A DNA stretch of 64,000 nt from Callorhinchus milii (lineage: Eukaryota). The stretch covers positions 13,580,001 to 13,644,000 of the forward strand of contig NW_024704743.1 of the NCBI RefSeq assembly GCF_018977255.1, written 5' to 3'. The notes under the pieces were generated by a model, which saw only the letters and a program-made list of their open reading frames with translations, was not told the DNA's origin and searched no databases. Numbering within the stretch: position 1 is the first letter of the stretch; every line of letters starts with the position of its first letter. The position numbers and the translations under genes are program-made. Shown here piece after piece: positions 12,592 to 24,984 of the stretch.

Positions 12592-12713
12592 CCATTTCAG
12601 GATCATTTTCATCCATGTCATGGTCGTGCTTGGAACTGCCATTAACGAAACCATTAGATGAAGACTCCACCACACCATTGGTATAATGGTCTGTTTCCAT
12701 ATCTATATCATTG
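12592..12713 (-). CDS. RANBP9: RANBP9 exon 11 (NDIDMETDHYTNGVVESSSNGFVNGSSKHDHDMDENDPEM)
   Basis: 122 nt, read manually; acceptor CTGCAG|C, donor G|GTAAG. Confidence 0.94.
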
Positions 12714-12884
12714 CTGCAGAACAAGAGAAACATGACAGAAACCCAGAAACTTGCAAAGAAAGACTGATACCTATTTTCCTAAAAGATAATCTTGCAGCAA
12801 TGCACTCACATAGACAGTTACTGGATTTTTCCCTTACATTCATTTCTCCCTTTTAAAAATCTTCTCTAGAATCCACTCCAGACA

Positions 12885-13626
12885 ACAACAAAAAAAACAA
12901 AATTATATTTGTATAGCGCCGGGAGGACGTCGCAATGTGCTGGACAGACAGAGTTACGGACCCGAGCTGAGTGTCGAGGTGCGGAAGGCCCGCCCGCCGA
13001 TAGTGGGGCGAGCAAGGCAGGGGACATGAAGCAGGCCGGAGCCCACTGAGCGGAGGGAGCGAACAGGGTTAGGAGGTTAGGAGGTCAGAGAGGTAGGGGG
13101 GAGCAAGACCATGGAGGGCTTTGAAGGTAAGGACCAGGATCTTGAACTGTATCCTCTGTGTGATGGGAAGCCAGTGGAGTTGGGCAAGGATGGGGGTGAT
13201 AGGGTCGCGAAGCCTGGTGCGGGAGAGGACATGGGTTGCCGAGTTCTGGATGATCTGTAGCCTGTAGAGGGAGGAGTTGGGGAAGCCGACAAGCAGTGAG
13301 TTTGCATAGTCGAGCCTCAATGTAACGAATGCGTGTATGAAGGTTTCGGCGGTCTGCGGTGTGAGACAGTGGCGGAGCCGGGCGACGTTGGGGAGGTGGG
13401 GGAAGGCAGAGCGGGTCACGGCGCGAATGTGGGGTAGAAACGATAGTTGAGGGTCAAACAAGACCCCAAGGTTCTGGACTGGCTTAGTAAGGTGGAGTGT
13501 GCAACCATGGATGGTGATGCTGTCAGCGCCTGAAGTGAGGAGGCACTGATGGGAGCTCAGGAGAGCCTCGGTCTTGTGGACATTCAACTGAAGAAAGTTG
13601 GCTCTCATCCACTGATTTATTCCCAA
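12885..13626 (-). mobile_element. L2 LINE 3' fragment in intron 10
   Basis: ORF 13069..13626 (WMRANFLQLN..KTE, NLGVLFD, RLDYAN, LHWLP) plus L2 tail. Confidence 0.92.
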
Positions 13627-14400
13627 GATTCTGCCACTGCTGGTCCCTGGTCCTTTAATTCCACTCTAAGGTCAAGCTAAATCTTCCATTACAATCCCAA
13701 CCATTCGAAATGCTACTCTATCAAATATCCTCTCTCCATCCAAAGATGATTTGGTGGTTACTATGATTAACGAACATTATGGACAGGATGAACAGAATTT
13801 AACTCATCAGACCTGCAATGCATCCAAAGAGATGCTTTGTTTCTAAATGAGACCCAACTGTGCACCAGGAGCTTTTTTGAGCTCAAATCTTTGCATCCTG
13901 GTAGGAGATGACACAAATATTAAAGGTTTCGGATTGTACATCTTCATATACCCTGAAAACGTAACTTAGGTTATCTATATAATTACCCAATCACTTATAG
14001 TTCCCCAAATAGATGGGAATAATTTATTCCTCTTGCTTAAAAAACAAAAAAGATTTCTACTTTAAAACTGCTTTGTAGAAAGATTTTGTAGAAATATCAC
14101 ATTTAAATCCTCCACATTAATAAAACACCAAAGAATAGGCAGCAAAGCACAATTTAAAAGAAATGAAGTTGCAGTGAACATAAATCAATCCGCTCGTAAA
14201 GGTTTGGAGAAATCCAGCCACCCACCCACAACGCCGAGCTCTCAGATGGAACCTGGGAGAGGCCTTTCAGTTTAGGAGGTCTTCAAATAGAAAAAGATTT
14301 TGTATGAGACGGATTGAATCGTATATAATTTATGCAAAATGTTACATTTTAGTGACTTAGCAAGTAGGAAGAGAATAAACCAAAGACAAAAAACACTTAC

Positions 14401-14557
14401 TTTGCGTCTCTGCTGTTACTATTTGATTGCTGAGATCGTGTAGCATTTAGACTATTTAGTTCTGGGGTACTTAAACAGGAGGCGGAGTGCTTAGTATGAC
14501 TACTGGACTGATGAGTTTTACTAGATATTACACCGTTGCTACAATTATTTTCATAAC
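14401..14557 (-). CDS. RANBP9: RANBP9 exon 10 (GYENNCSNGVISSKTHQS...PELNSLNATRSQQ...)
   Basis: 157 nt; acceptor GGCAG|GT, donor AA|GTAAG; resembles the low-complexity linker of RANBP9. Confidence 0.92.
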
Positions 14558-15589
14558 CTGCCAAAATATGAAACACATAGCCATTAAGATGTACCTGTTC
14601 CACCACATTAACAGCAACACTGACTCATGCACCCACATGCCATATTGTATTAACTGTTCATAGGTGATGAACACTGCACTCATCAAAATTTAATAATAAT
14701 TTTAGCTAACATTGTATCACCCAAACCCTTATATTTTTGTTGTGGGGATTCGCACAGTAACTTTTGTAAACTATTCACAAATATCTTCTGTGTTTGACAT
14801 GTCAAGAACCCATAATTAAAAAAAGCTTCCAATCCAAGATAGTGCAAAGAGGAAAAGAAACTATACACAGGACAGCTGAACACAACTATAGCAGAAGATA
14901 GTCCTGCTATTGAGCAAGTGTGGGTATAACCCAGACATGAATCCCAGAACTGCAGACACAGGTGGTCTATTTTGTGAGATTCGCAAATTGCTTTGCAACT
15001 AACAAATTGCATGTATTGGATGTGTCGGATGCCACTCCTTCCCCCGGAACACCCCTCTAACACCCTCTGACTTCTGGATCGTGGCCAGAAATCTCCTAGA
15101 ACTGAGCAGGAGGTGGGTGTTGGAGCAGAGTTCCTACAACTCAGCTTCCAATATTTCTGGGTTCGTGCATTAACAACAACAATTTACATTCGTATAGGAC
15201 CTTTCACGTCAGGAGGATGTCCCAAATAGCTGGATGCTACAAATCAATTTGTGACACTTGCAACCCTGACACCAATATAATTTCAAATGTCACAATATTA
15301 TTTTTCTTGCCTCTTCTCTCCTAGTCAATGGGGAGGGGGGCAGGGAGATCACAGCCAAGCCGAGAAATTAGAAACTCTGTCTAATTTTCCCCTCTCTGAT
15401 GCAAGAGCAGAGATAAATTAACACCCCAACTGCTACCTGGCTGAGTACAGATTCAAACCTGCACCATTCTGGTGTGTAACCCATTGGGCTACGAGGGAAG
15501 GCCTGCGCTGAAATGCTGGTGAAAGTACTGAATAATCGTGTCATGATAGATTCCAAACCTGAAGCATTTCTTGACACAGATGCCATTAC

Positions 15590-15786
15590 CTGTAAAGTGA
15601 CTATGTGCACCATTCCCTTTGCCTGCTGCTAGGGTATGGATAGTGCTCCCATGGCTGGGACTCATGCTGGGGCTGTTGAAGGTCCTAGGGCTACCTGGGT
15701 AGCTGTCTTGGGACTTTGGACTTCGGCCTCCTAGACAACGAACTTCACTGTCTGTCCCGTTCACCATTTCTATAAATTGACGAACT
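15590..15786 (-). CDS. RANBP9: RANBP9 exon 9 ([34 protein letters not shown]...HSHFT)
   Basis: 197 nt; within ORF 15489..15827; acceptor TTCCAG|A, donor CAG|GTAAT. Confidence 0.95.
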
Positions 15787-15899
15787 CTGGAAAACAAACA
15801 CACAATGAAACACATACACATACGCACAGCAGATTTTTTTTAAAAATAGAAAAATACACACACAACAGATGGGGTGGGGTAATTGTCGCTGTGATATTA

Positions 15900-16185
15900 A
15901 TAACAATTTACATTTACATACAGAGCATTTCACATCAGAAGATGTCTCAAATCACTTCACACACTCGATATCCAAGCTGGGGGGTGGGGAAGAGGTGGGG
16001 GGAAGTGACTGAAAGTGGAAACGAAAAGATAGGTCTTGAGATGAGCTTTAAGGGTGGGGAGAAAGACGGCAAGCAGGTGGGATGCCAGGATGGAGTCCCG
16101 GAGAGCAGGGCCAGAATGGCTAAAAGCCCACCCACCAATGGTGGGATAGATGGGTGGGGCACACAGGTGGGGGAAAGAGTGCGCA
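15900..16185 (-). mobile_element. Old L2 3' fragment
   Basis: PTIGGWAFS and LKAHLKTYLF remnants with a degraded L2 tail. Confidence 0.7.
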
Positions 16186-16386
16186 TTCCATTCCAATAAT
16201 CTAACTCTGGGATTTCCATGTGTAGATGGGATGCCTGGAATTCTCAGTTTGGTTTGGATGCTCTTAAGCATGGTGATGGGTTTCCATGTGCTGGACACCC
16301 TGCTGACCAAAGAAAGTGGATGGGCGACATGAAGCAGCCCAGTATCAATGGGACAAGATCGGTCAGGATAGTTAGGCTCTGGAACT

Positions 16387-16565
16387 CGCTGGGAACGCTC
16401 AGCAGGTCAGGCAGCATCGATGGAGAAAGGAAAGTCAGTCAACCTTTCGGGAAACCCGAAACGTTGACTGACTTTCCTTTCTCCATAGCTGCTGCCTGAC
16501 CTGCTGAGTGTTCCCAGCGCTTCTGTTTTTGTTTTAGATTTCCAGCATCTGCAGTATTTTGCGCT
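16387..16565. repeat. Palindromic repeat (65-bp arms), resembling Penelope-derived hairpin repeats of cartilaginous fish
   Basis: Arms 16387-16451 and 16455-16519 with four mismatches. The family assignment is from recall. Confidence 0.65.
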
Positions 16566-16615
16566 TAGTCAGGCTGCAGGTTTAGTTCTATGTAGGGTCG
16601 CTTACTGGGGTTTTA

Positions 16616-17515
16616 TTCATAGATTCATAGATTCATAGACTGTTACGGCATAGAAGGAGGCCATTCGGCCCATCGAGTCTGTGCCGGCTCTTTGACAGAG
16701 CAAGTCACTTTCACTTACTCCAATCACCAGCTTTCTTCCCATAACCCTGCAAACCCGTCTTCCCCAGATACCTATCCAGTTCTCTCTTAAAAGCTGTTAT
16801 CGAATTGGACTTCACTGCCCTTTCGGGCAGATCATTCCAAATTCGAACAACTCGCTGAGTGAAAAAATTTCTTCTAACCTCCCCTCTGCTTCTTTTGGTA
16901 GATATCTTAAGACTGTGACCACGACACACCAACCAGCGGAAACAGCTTTTCCCTATCTAGCCTGTCGAAACCTTTCATGATCTTGAAGACCTCTATCAGG
17001 TCCCCGCGTAACCTTCTCTGCTCTAATGGGAAACATCCTAACTTCTCCAGCCTGTCCTCATAGCTAAGGTTCCCCATTCCTGGTATCATTCTCGTGAATC
17101 TCCTCTGCAACCTTTCCAGTGCCTTAATGTCCTTCTTGAAGTAAGGTGCCCAGAACTGGACGCAGTACTCCAGCTGAGGCCTAACCAGTGTTTTGTATAG
17201 ATTAACCATAACCTCTCTGCTCTTATACTCCATGCCCCTACTAATGAAGCTCAGTACACCAAATGCCTTTTTTACTGCCTTATCTACCTGCCCCGCTACC
17301 TTTAATGATTCGCTTACTTGAACACCCAGATCTCTCTGTATGTTCACCCCCCTTAAGATTGAGCTACCAAGTCTATATTGCCTCCTATCATCTTTCCTAC
17401 CTAAGTGTATCACCTCACGCTTATCCACATTGAAATCCATCTGCCACATGTCAGCCCATTCTACCATTCTGTGTATGTCTGCTTGCAGTTGGTTACAGTC
17501 CTCCTCACTATTCAC
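16616..17515 (-). mobile_element. CR1 LINE 3' fragment
   Basis: ORF 16907..17515 (WQMDFNVDK, RDLGV, LVRPQLEYCVQFWAP, RRLRGDLIEVFK), ORF 16711..16932, and (CTATGAAT)n tail. Confidence 0.93.
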
Positions 17516-17849
17516 TATTTATTTATTTATTTATTTATTTTAATTTTGACTGATATCAATGTTTCTTTTACTTTTATTCTTTTGGGGATATTTTTGATTT
17601 TTATAAATATCTTCGACCATAAACTGTCTGATCTCCAGATGATAAGATCACCCCAGACCCCAGCACCTGTGTGCTGTGCATTCACGCTAGACTCGTCAAA
17701 TCCAACATCACCTCCAGTAGCTCGGTTTTGTAGTTCAAAAGAAACGATGAACAAAACTGTTGTTCCATGACGGAATTAATTTTGCTCGATTGGGAGAGAA
17801 TTCGAAAACTCAACAAATACTAATTAAAATCGTAAACCACCAAACAAAC

Positions 17850-18075
17850 AACCCAAATTACATTTGTATAGCGCTTTCACGTCAGGAGGACGTCCCAAGG
17901 CGCTGGACAATCATTGTTTCGGACCCGATTGGGGAGGGTGGAGGGCAGGGGAGGGAAAGAGGGTGATCAAAGGCACGGTTGAAGAGGAGGGTCTTGAAAC
18001 GGATCTTGAAGGAGGCAAGGGAGGGGACTGAGCGGAGAGAGTGGGCAGGTTGGTAGGGGGTTAGGAGGTCGCAGT
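17850..18075 (-). mobile_element. L2 3' fragment with internal deletion
   Basis: SLASFKIRFKTLLFNRAF plus L2 tail. Confidence 0.8.
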
Positions 18076-18127
18076 AAACAGGCTTATTTAGCAAGGCAAA
18101 AGTTATGTTTTCTTCAGTTCTCTGGTA

Positions 18128-18441
18128 AATAATAATAATCCTTGCATTTTGATATAGCGCTTTTCACGTTGGGAGGATGTCCCAAAGCGCTTCACAGAAC
18201 ACACTGTAAAGTGAATTGACTGTATATTTGTGGGTGAACGCGGCAGCCAATTGCGCACAGCAATGTCCCACAAACAGTCATAGATTGAAAATGACCAATT
18301 TATTATTGTTTTTTTTTTGGAGGGATTATTATTAGGCGTGTGGAGTAAGGAAACTTGCCCAAGGTTTCGCCCTGCCTGGAATTGAACTCAGGTCTCTCGC
18401 TTGCAAAGAGAGTGCTCTAACCACTGAGCTACAGGACTCCA
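18128..18441 (-). mobile_element. Full-length SINE, same family
   Basis: Reverse complement of 46172-46494, ending CTACAGGACTCC. Confidence 0.92.
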
Positions 18442-19179
18442 CGCCTAAAGTAGCCTTCACTCATGCAAAAGCTCTAAACTATACTGTGTCCAATGGACCC
18501 ACTACAATCTGGATGGTCCTAGGTTTCTTCCCTGATTTATGCTGTGTTATTTGATCTCAGTCAAGTATTAGCAGAGGTGCTCATTTAGCCTCAGCATGTG
18601 GGTATGGAGAGGGGAAAACCAAAAGAGGCTAAGATATTGTTCCTGATTGCAATTCATTCATCCCTGCTGGAAAGTGCATATGTGTGAAGGTTCAATGGGA
18701 ACAGAATCAGGGCTGGAGTCAGTTGTTACATTAACACTCGCCTAGCAAGCTCACATGATGAATGGCCAATTTGGAAACTGATAACTATTCAGCAGTGCTT
18801 CCCTCGGGGGGATGGAAGAAAGAGAAATCAAATTTAAATCCCATGTAATGTATGGATATTATAGTTTAACTAAAATTTGATCCATGAGATTTGGAATGAA
18901 ACTCAAACCAAATTGGGAAAAAAAATTATTGAACATTACAGCCCATTTAGGTCTAAGTTGCTCTGTTTCCATATAATCATACTCTCTTCTTCATTCTCAA
19001 TACCCTTTAATATTCTTAGCATAAACACTTCTTGGTAATCAGGCAATAATTATAATTTTGTTTTTTAAAAAAGAGAAAAGCAACAGGGCTAGAAATATGA
19101 ATACAAAATGTGACATAGCAAAGATGCAGTCATGTGGTATTGTGGAGAAAACCAGTTCCTTGGAATTTTCATTAACTTA

Positions 19180-19350
<171 letters not shown>

Positions 19351-20499
19351 TCAACAAGTGTAGAATTCTGCAAGTTTCTCAGGAATATGTAGTCTCATAG
19401 TGTCAACAAGCTATAGCCATCCAAGAAATTACTAAAACCAGATTGATTGATTGAAATGGCATTTTATTTTTATTTAGTTGAAAACTAGACGTGCATCAGC
19501 AATGACCTATTATTAAACTTCTGACTTACTTTATATTCCCCCATCAGGGAAGTTTCAGATAAAGCCACTTGAAGGAAATTGTTTTCAAAACCCATCAAAT
19601 GCTGCACACTTCACAAATTTCTGTCTCCTTACACGTACCATGACAAGAAACAAATAGGATTGACAGAATAGATCCAGAAAAATTACCAATGCAGACTACC
19701 ATTATAGTTCTGCTAGTCCTCTTTCTAAAACAAAAATTACCACAGTTCCTTTGCTTCAATAGTCCGTTACTGGGTTTATGTCACTCAGAAAAATGAATGT
19801 ATTCACTCGCACTCATGAGTCTCATGAATTATGTATTCACAATTCTGAAATAAATCCAGTAATGCATGGCTACTGGTGTGATAAAATAAACACAGGCAGA
19901 GTCTTCTCAGCAGCATTAGTCTACATACAACTTTGCATTTCCCTTTCAATTCAAGCGTATATCACATCCACATTGTGGTTTTACACAGAGCTTCCAGTAA
20001 GTGCAAAACACTCATGACAGAGTAAAGAATGAAATCATAGCAAGAATAAAATGAGGAAAGATCATGTGACTAATCAAGCTTCTCTGCTCAAAAATCATGT
20101 GCAACCTATTCAATCTTGAGGTTCAATCCAACAATTTTCAGACTCTGCAATAATTCTCACTGTCACTGAACGGTAAATCGAGAAATAGATGTCTTCCCAA
20201 CGTGAAAAGCACTATACAAATGTAATTTTGTTGTTGTTGTTGTTAATGTGTCTGAGCATCTGAAACAAAATCATATTCCCACTCAATCCTTTCTTTAATA
20301 AAATAGGTCTGTATGTTTCTTTTCATAATAAAATAACCCTTGCATTTGATATCACACCTGATCACATCTTTGAGATGTCTCATAGCGCTTCAGAAAATAT
20401 ACTGTAAAGTGAATTGACTGTATATTTTGTGGGCGAAAGGCGGCAGCAATTTAATTTAATAATCCTCATAATTTAAGAGCATCAAATCCCAGAATCACG

Positions 20500-20906
20500 C
20501 TAATCTTTCCTCTCTAAATGCCCTCCATTGTCTTGCTCCTCCCTACCTCTGTGAACTCCTAACTCCCTACCATCCTACCCGCTCCCTCCGTTCAGCAAGC
20601 TTCACGTCCCCCACCTCGCTTGCCCCACCATTGGTGGGCGGGCCTTCTGCCACTCTGCCTCCACCTTCTGGAACTCTGTCTCACAGTTCCTCCGCCTTGC
20701 CCCCTCCCTTGCTTCCTTCAAGACCCATCTCAAGACCCTCCTCTTCGACCGTGTTTTTGATCACCCTGCTTTTCCCCACCTGCCCTCCACCCTCCCCGAT
20801 CCCGACTCCCAGCTCGGGTCCGAAACTCTGACTGTCCAGCACCTTGGGATGTCCTTCCGAAGTGAAAGGTACTATACAAATGTAATTTTGTTGTTGCTGT
20901 TGTTGT
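20500..20906 (+). mobile_element. L2 3' fragment
   Basis: TIGGRAF and FKTHLKTLLF remnants; tail GGGATGTCCTTCCGAAGTGAAAGG...(TTG)n. Confidence 0.85.
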
Positions 20907-21638
20907 CTATAAAGCATTGTGAGCTGGTAGGTAGGAACTGCAAACAAGACAAGGAAGGTCCATTATTTAAGTGTATAAGCACACGTGCCTAATACACCAG
21001 GACTAGTTAATAATTAAGACCACTTCCAATTCCCTTTGTACGCAAGAATTTACTCAACTCACAAAACTTTACTCAATATCCTAAATATCGCATCACAAGT
21101 GATCTAAGTTAAAATGCTGGATTAAAAAACAATTGTATTCAATTCTCTGATAATTGTTAATAACTAAAATGGATCAAATACATTAAAATCCACCTGCTAT
21201 TCCTCGGGCGATCCACTCAATTAGTGCTGGTCCCTTTGAATCCATTTACCCTTGCTTATGTGTGAACTTGGCCATATAACGTGATAAAGGGGTCTAATAT
21301 TTGGCAATTTCTGACAAAATACCTTAATAAGGAAATTGGAATTATGTTACGAAACTCTCAGGAACTCCACTCTGCTACAGTCTACTTTTGGGGGAGTGTT
21401 TCTATGGGTCCATAATGACATTGGGATATACATCGGTTACTGTCTCTTCAAGAGTATGTTAAAAAGTTAGAAATCACCACACTCAGAACCCTTTATAGAA
21501 CATTTCAATGATGCAAAGTAGTTGGCTAAAAAGGCAGTACAATTTCAGAAAGGGAACACAAACTTATATATTTTAAAAACTCTCGATACAGTATTTCAAC
21601 AGAGCGCAACAAGCGAATACTGTTAAATTTATACTCAC

Positions 21639-21751
21639 TTTGTCTATTTTTAATGGATGCCAGTTCCTCCTGGAATGCCTGTCCGGTGGATCTAGCAAAG
21701 GCTTCTGCTGTTGCACAATAACCATGATGCACTAAGTAAGACGAAACCATT
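21639..21751 (-). CDS. RANBP9: RANBP9 exon 7 ([21 protein letters not shown]...ASIKNRQ), LisH
   Basis: 113 nt; acceptor TTATAG|A, donor A|GTGAG. Confidence 0.97.
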
Positions 21752-22692
21752 CTATAAAATGAAAAGTTTGGAAGAATAATAAAACAATATTCTAAATGTT
21801 ACTGCTGTAGCCAGCAGCTAAGAGGCAGCATTATTTCAAATTTTCCCAAATGCGCAAGACAAAAATCAGTTCTAAAAATGGTTACACTGAATATCATAAT
21901 GTTCTAGTACTTCAAAGTAGAATGCGTAATGCTACAAAGAGGACTTTGGGAGATAGGTCAGAAACCATTACATTCTTACCTGCTTGAATGCTTGAACAAC
22001 AAAGGTTATAATTAAATGGAGCAGTATACTTAGGTGGGTTCGTTTTAGGCAGCAGAATTATGACACTAACAACCTGCATACCCAGGTGCTTCTCAACCAA
22101 GACCAACAGTTCCTTCTGAAATGTTAGACATGCTGCAACCATTCCTTCCTGCACATCTACATCTCAACCCAAGATTCCTCAGGCAATACATGTAGGAAGA
22201 AACTGTCCAAGTACCTAATCTCACCCCATAACATCAGGGCTTGAAGGTTAGAGAATTAAGTGTTGGATCAACCAACTATGATTTTTTTTAAAAATCCCTA
22301 TACTGAGAGGAAATTAATCTTACACTAGTCCAGCACATATCACTTGTCCTAAAGATACATCCATCAGGATTGAGACCATCATTTTTTCATGCTCAAGTCT
22401 CTGGGCAAACACTGTAACTTTGGTATTTATTTTAACTGAACCTTTTGTAGTTTCTAAATTCGGTGGGGGTGGGGGGGGGGGAGGATCCTTTGAATAGGAA
22501 AAGGATGGTTCCTTGCAGTTTCAAACAAGTTGCCTAGCTTGAAAATATAGTATTCCACGAGCCTATATTTTGAAGAGTCCAACGTGCATTTTTAAATTTA
22601 TAAAATCATAAGATATCAATTAATAAGTACCCAATACCCTAGAGGCAGACCTTTCTCTCCCCTGTGCTGTGTGACCAGACATTCAGAACTGT

Positions 22693-22777
22693 CTGTGTGT
22701 GTGAGTGTGTGTGAGAGCGCGTGTGTGTGAGAGCAAGTGTGTGAGAGTGTGAGTGTGAGAGAGTGTGAGTGTGTGTG
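22693..22777. repeat. Imperfect (GT)n/(GA)n microsatellite
   Basis: Direct reading. Confidence 0.8.
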
Positions 22778-23144
22778 GGAGGGCGCACATTTGGGTAATG
22801 CCTATTGAATAAATTATTTTCTAATTTAGAGACACGTTAGACCCTATTAACTGCAATTAACTTTGTGATATACTGTCAGCATAGTCATCAACATTTTGGT
22901 GAAAAACTGAATATGAAATTATACACCAAGATTTTTGGAGCAACAAAACACTAAAATTGTAAAATTTAAGCCACTTAAAATGTATAAATTACATTTAACT
23001 AGAAGCATGAAGAGGTACTAAATCTTTAAACTTCAATGAATATCTGGAAGGTTGCAAGTAATTGCTAAAACCCATCTATAAACGATATTTCAGTTTGATA
23101 AATGTGACTGTACATAGTGGGACTGCAGGCAATACATCACCTAC

Positions 23145-23329
23145 TTTTGAATCATTGTCTGCCATTCGCCTTCTCGATCTCCTACAGGGAATCTTTCAAT
23201 CTGGGTCTGAATCTTAGACCTCCATTCTCGCATATAGTCCTCTATATCAAATACAAATGGATGCTGTCCAAAATTGGCATCCACCACTTCTCCTGGAGTT
23301 TGCAATCCAACAGTAGGATATAAATTTGG
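23145..23329 (-). CDS. RANBP9: RANBP9 exon 6 ([36 protein letters not shown]...WQTMIQK)
   Basis: 185 nt; ORF 23141..23335; acceptor GCAG|CCA, donor AA|GTAGG. Confidence 0.97.
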
Positions 23330-23864
23330 CTGCACAAAAAATGAGGATATAATGTAATAGACAATAATCGATTTGTTTATAATTAACCATTTTGCAACTC
23401 ATAATTTACATAATGGGTTAACTGTCATAAGAAAACACATTATTCAAAAAACAAAGGCAATCCATTATCACAGAGCACTGAACCAGCACTTTATTCTTAT
23501 AACATCAAGGTGATAAGGTGCACTTAGAACAACACCTAATATGTCCCACTACCCCCAACACACCAAATATCACCTCAAATACCCACAATAATTATTTGGG
23601 ATGCTTATTCAACAAAAAAATGGCACCATAGCTTGGAAGTTGCAATCTTAACTTTCAAATGTAAGGCCTCAAAAGGTGACCATTAGAGCTGGCTTAATTT
23701 CATTTAATTGCAGCTTCAGAAACAAATGCTTTTATCTGCCCATCATTGAATGGTATGCAGCAGTCAGAGCAAAGAGTTAAGCAACCATAAAAATTTTAAA
23801 ATGAATAAAAAGTTGTCCAGAACAGTTACATTCATAGCATTAACAAAAGCCAGTTCCATTACTA

Positions 23865-24360
23865 GGACTCTTGCCTCTGAGAAAGAAGGCTGTGGATTCA
23901 AACACCAACTTAGGACTTGGAAATCATAGTTTAGACTGCTACTCCAATGCAGAGATACGCTGCATTGTTGGAGCTGCCGTACTCTGAATTGAGACATTAA
24001 ACCAAGATCCCACGTGTATGTTTAGGTGGACATTAATGATTCTATGACAATCTCCCAAATAAAATTGGGTATTCATTTCATGGCTGTTTGTGGACATTGC
24101 TGTGTAAAAATTGCCTACCATGTTTGCCCACAAAGCACACAATCCACTTTACAGTAAATCCTGTGAAGCACTTTGGGTTGTCCTGCTGACGGGAAAGGCA
24201 ACGGGAAAGGTACTACACTAAATATAAGGGAATATTATTATTATTGTGGGACATTGGGTGAAAATTGGCTGTAGTGTTTGGCTACAAAATAGAAAATGAA
24301 GTGCTTTGAAACATCCTCTTGACATGAAGAAGCACTATATTAAATGCAAGGGTTCTTATT
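23865..24360 (+). mobile_element. Older DeuSINE-type copy plus SINE tail fragment
   Basis: CTGCATTGTTGGAGCTGCC...GAGACATTAAACC core; TGTTTGTGGACATTGCTGTG. Confidence 0.65.
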
Positions 24361-24984
24361 AACTGCACAACTTCTTCTCCTTCCCACTCATATTCTGCCC
24401 ACATTTCTTGCATGTCTAAGTCACCAAGTTGCAGTAGTAAAAGATTTGTTTCCCCATTGAATTAAAATACCTAGATTCCAACACAACTCATGCACAGAGC
24501 CAGAACAACAGCAATCCTGTCCTTCAATCAAATCAATCTCTTAACCTATTAATCTCTCAACAGAGTAAATATACTCCTTTTGAAATGACCTAACCCTCAA
24601 ACTAGGATATATTCTATTAAACCTCAGAAATAGCATTGACAGCAACTTTCTTTGAATTTACATTGTATGGCTCCTGTGATGTGGAAAGAGAATACACAAC
24701 AAATTCTGCCTCTGGGTTGGTTTGGTAGATCTATTCTGTTAATGACAACAGTGTCAGTCCTGGCAATCATTCTGGCAATGTGAATAGTGTGTGTTGTGGG
24801 ACATGACTGTCACGCTTTCCTACAAATACAGTCACTACACTGCACATTCAAATATTGAAGCGCTTTGAGACGCCTCAACGACGTGATAAGATTATTTCAA
24901 ATGCAAGAATTATTATTATTATAATAGAGCCACTGAAGCAAATCATCTTAAATGCAACACACTCGTCGCTTTCCATGGTATCAG

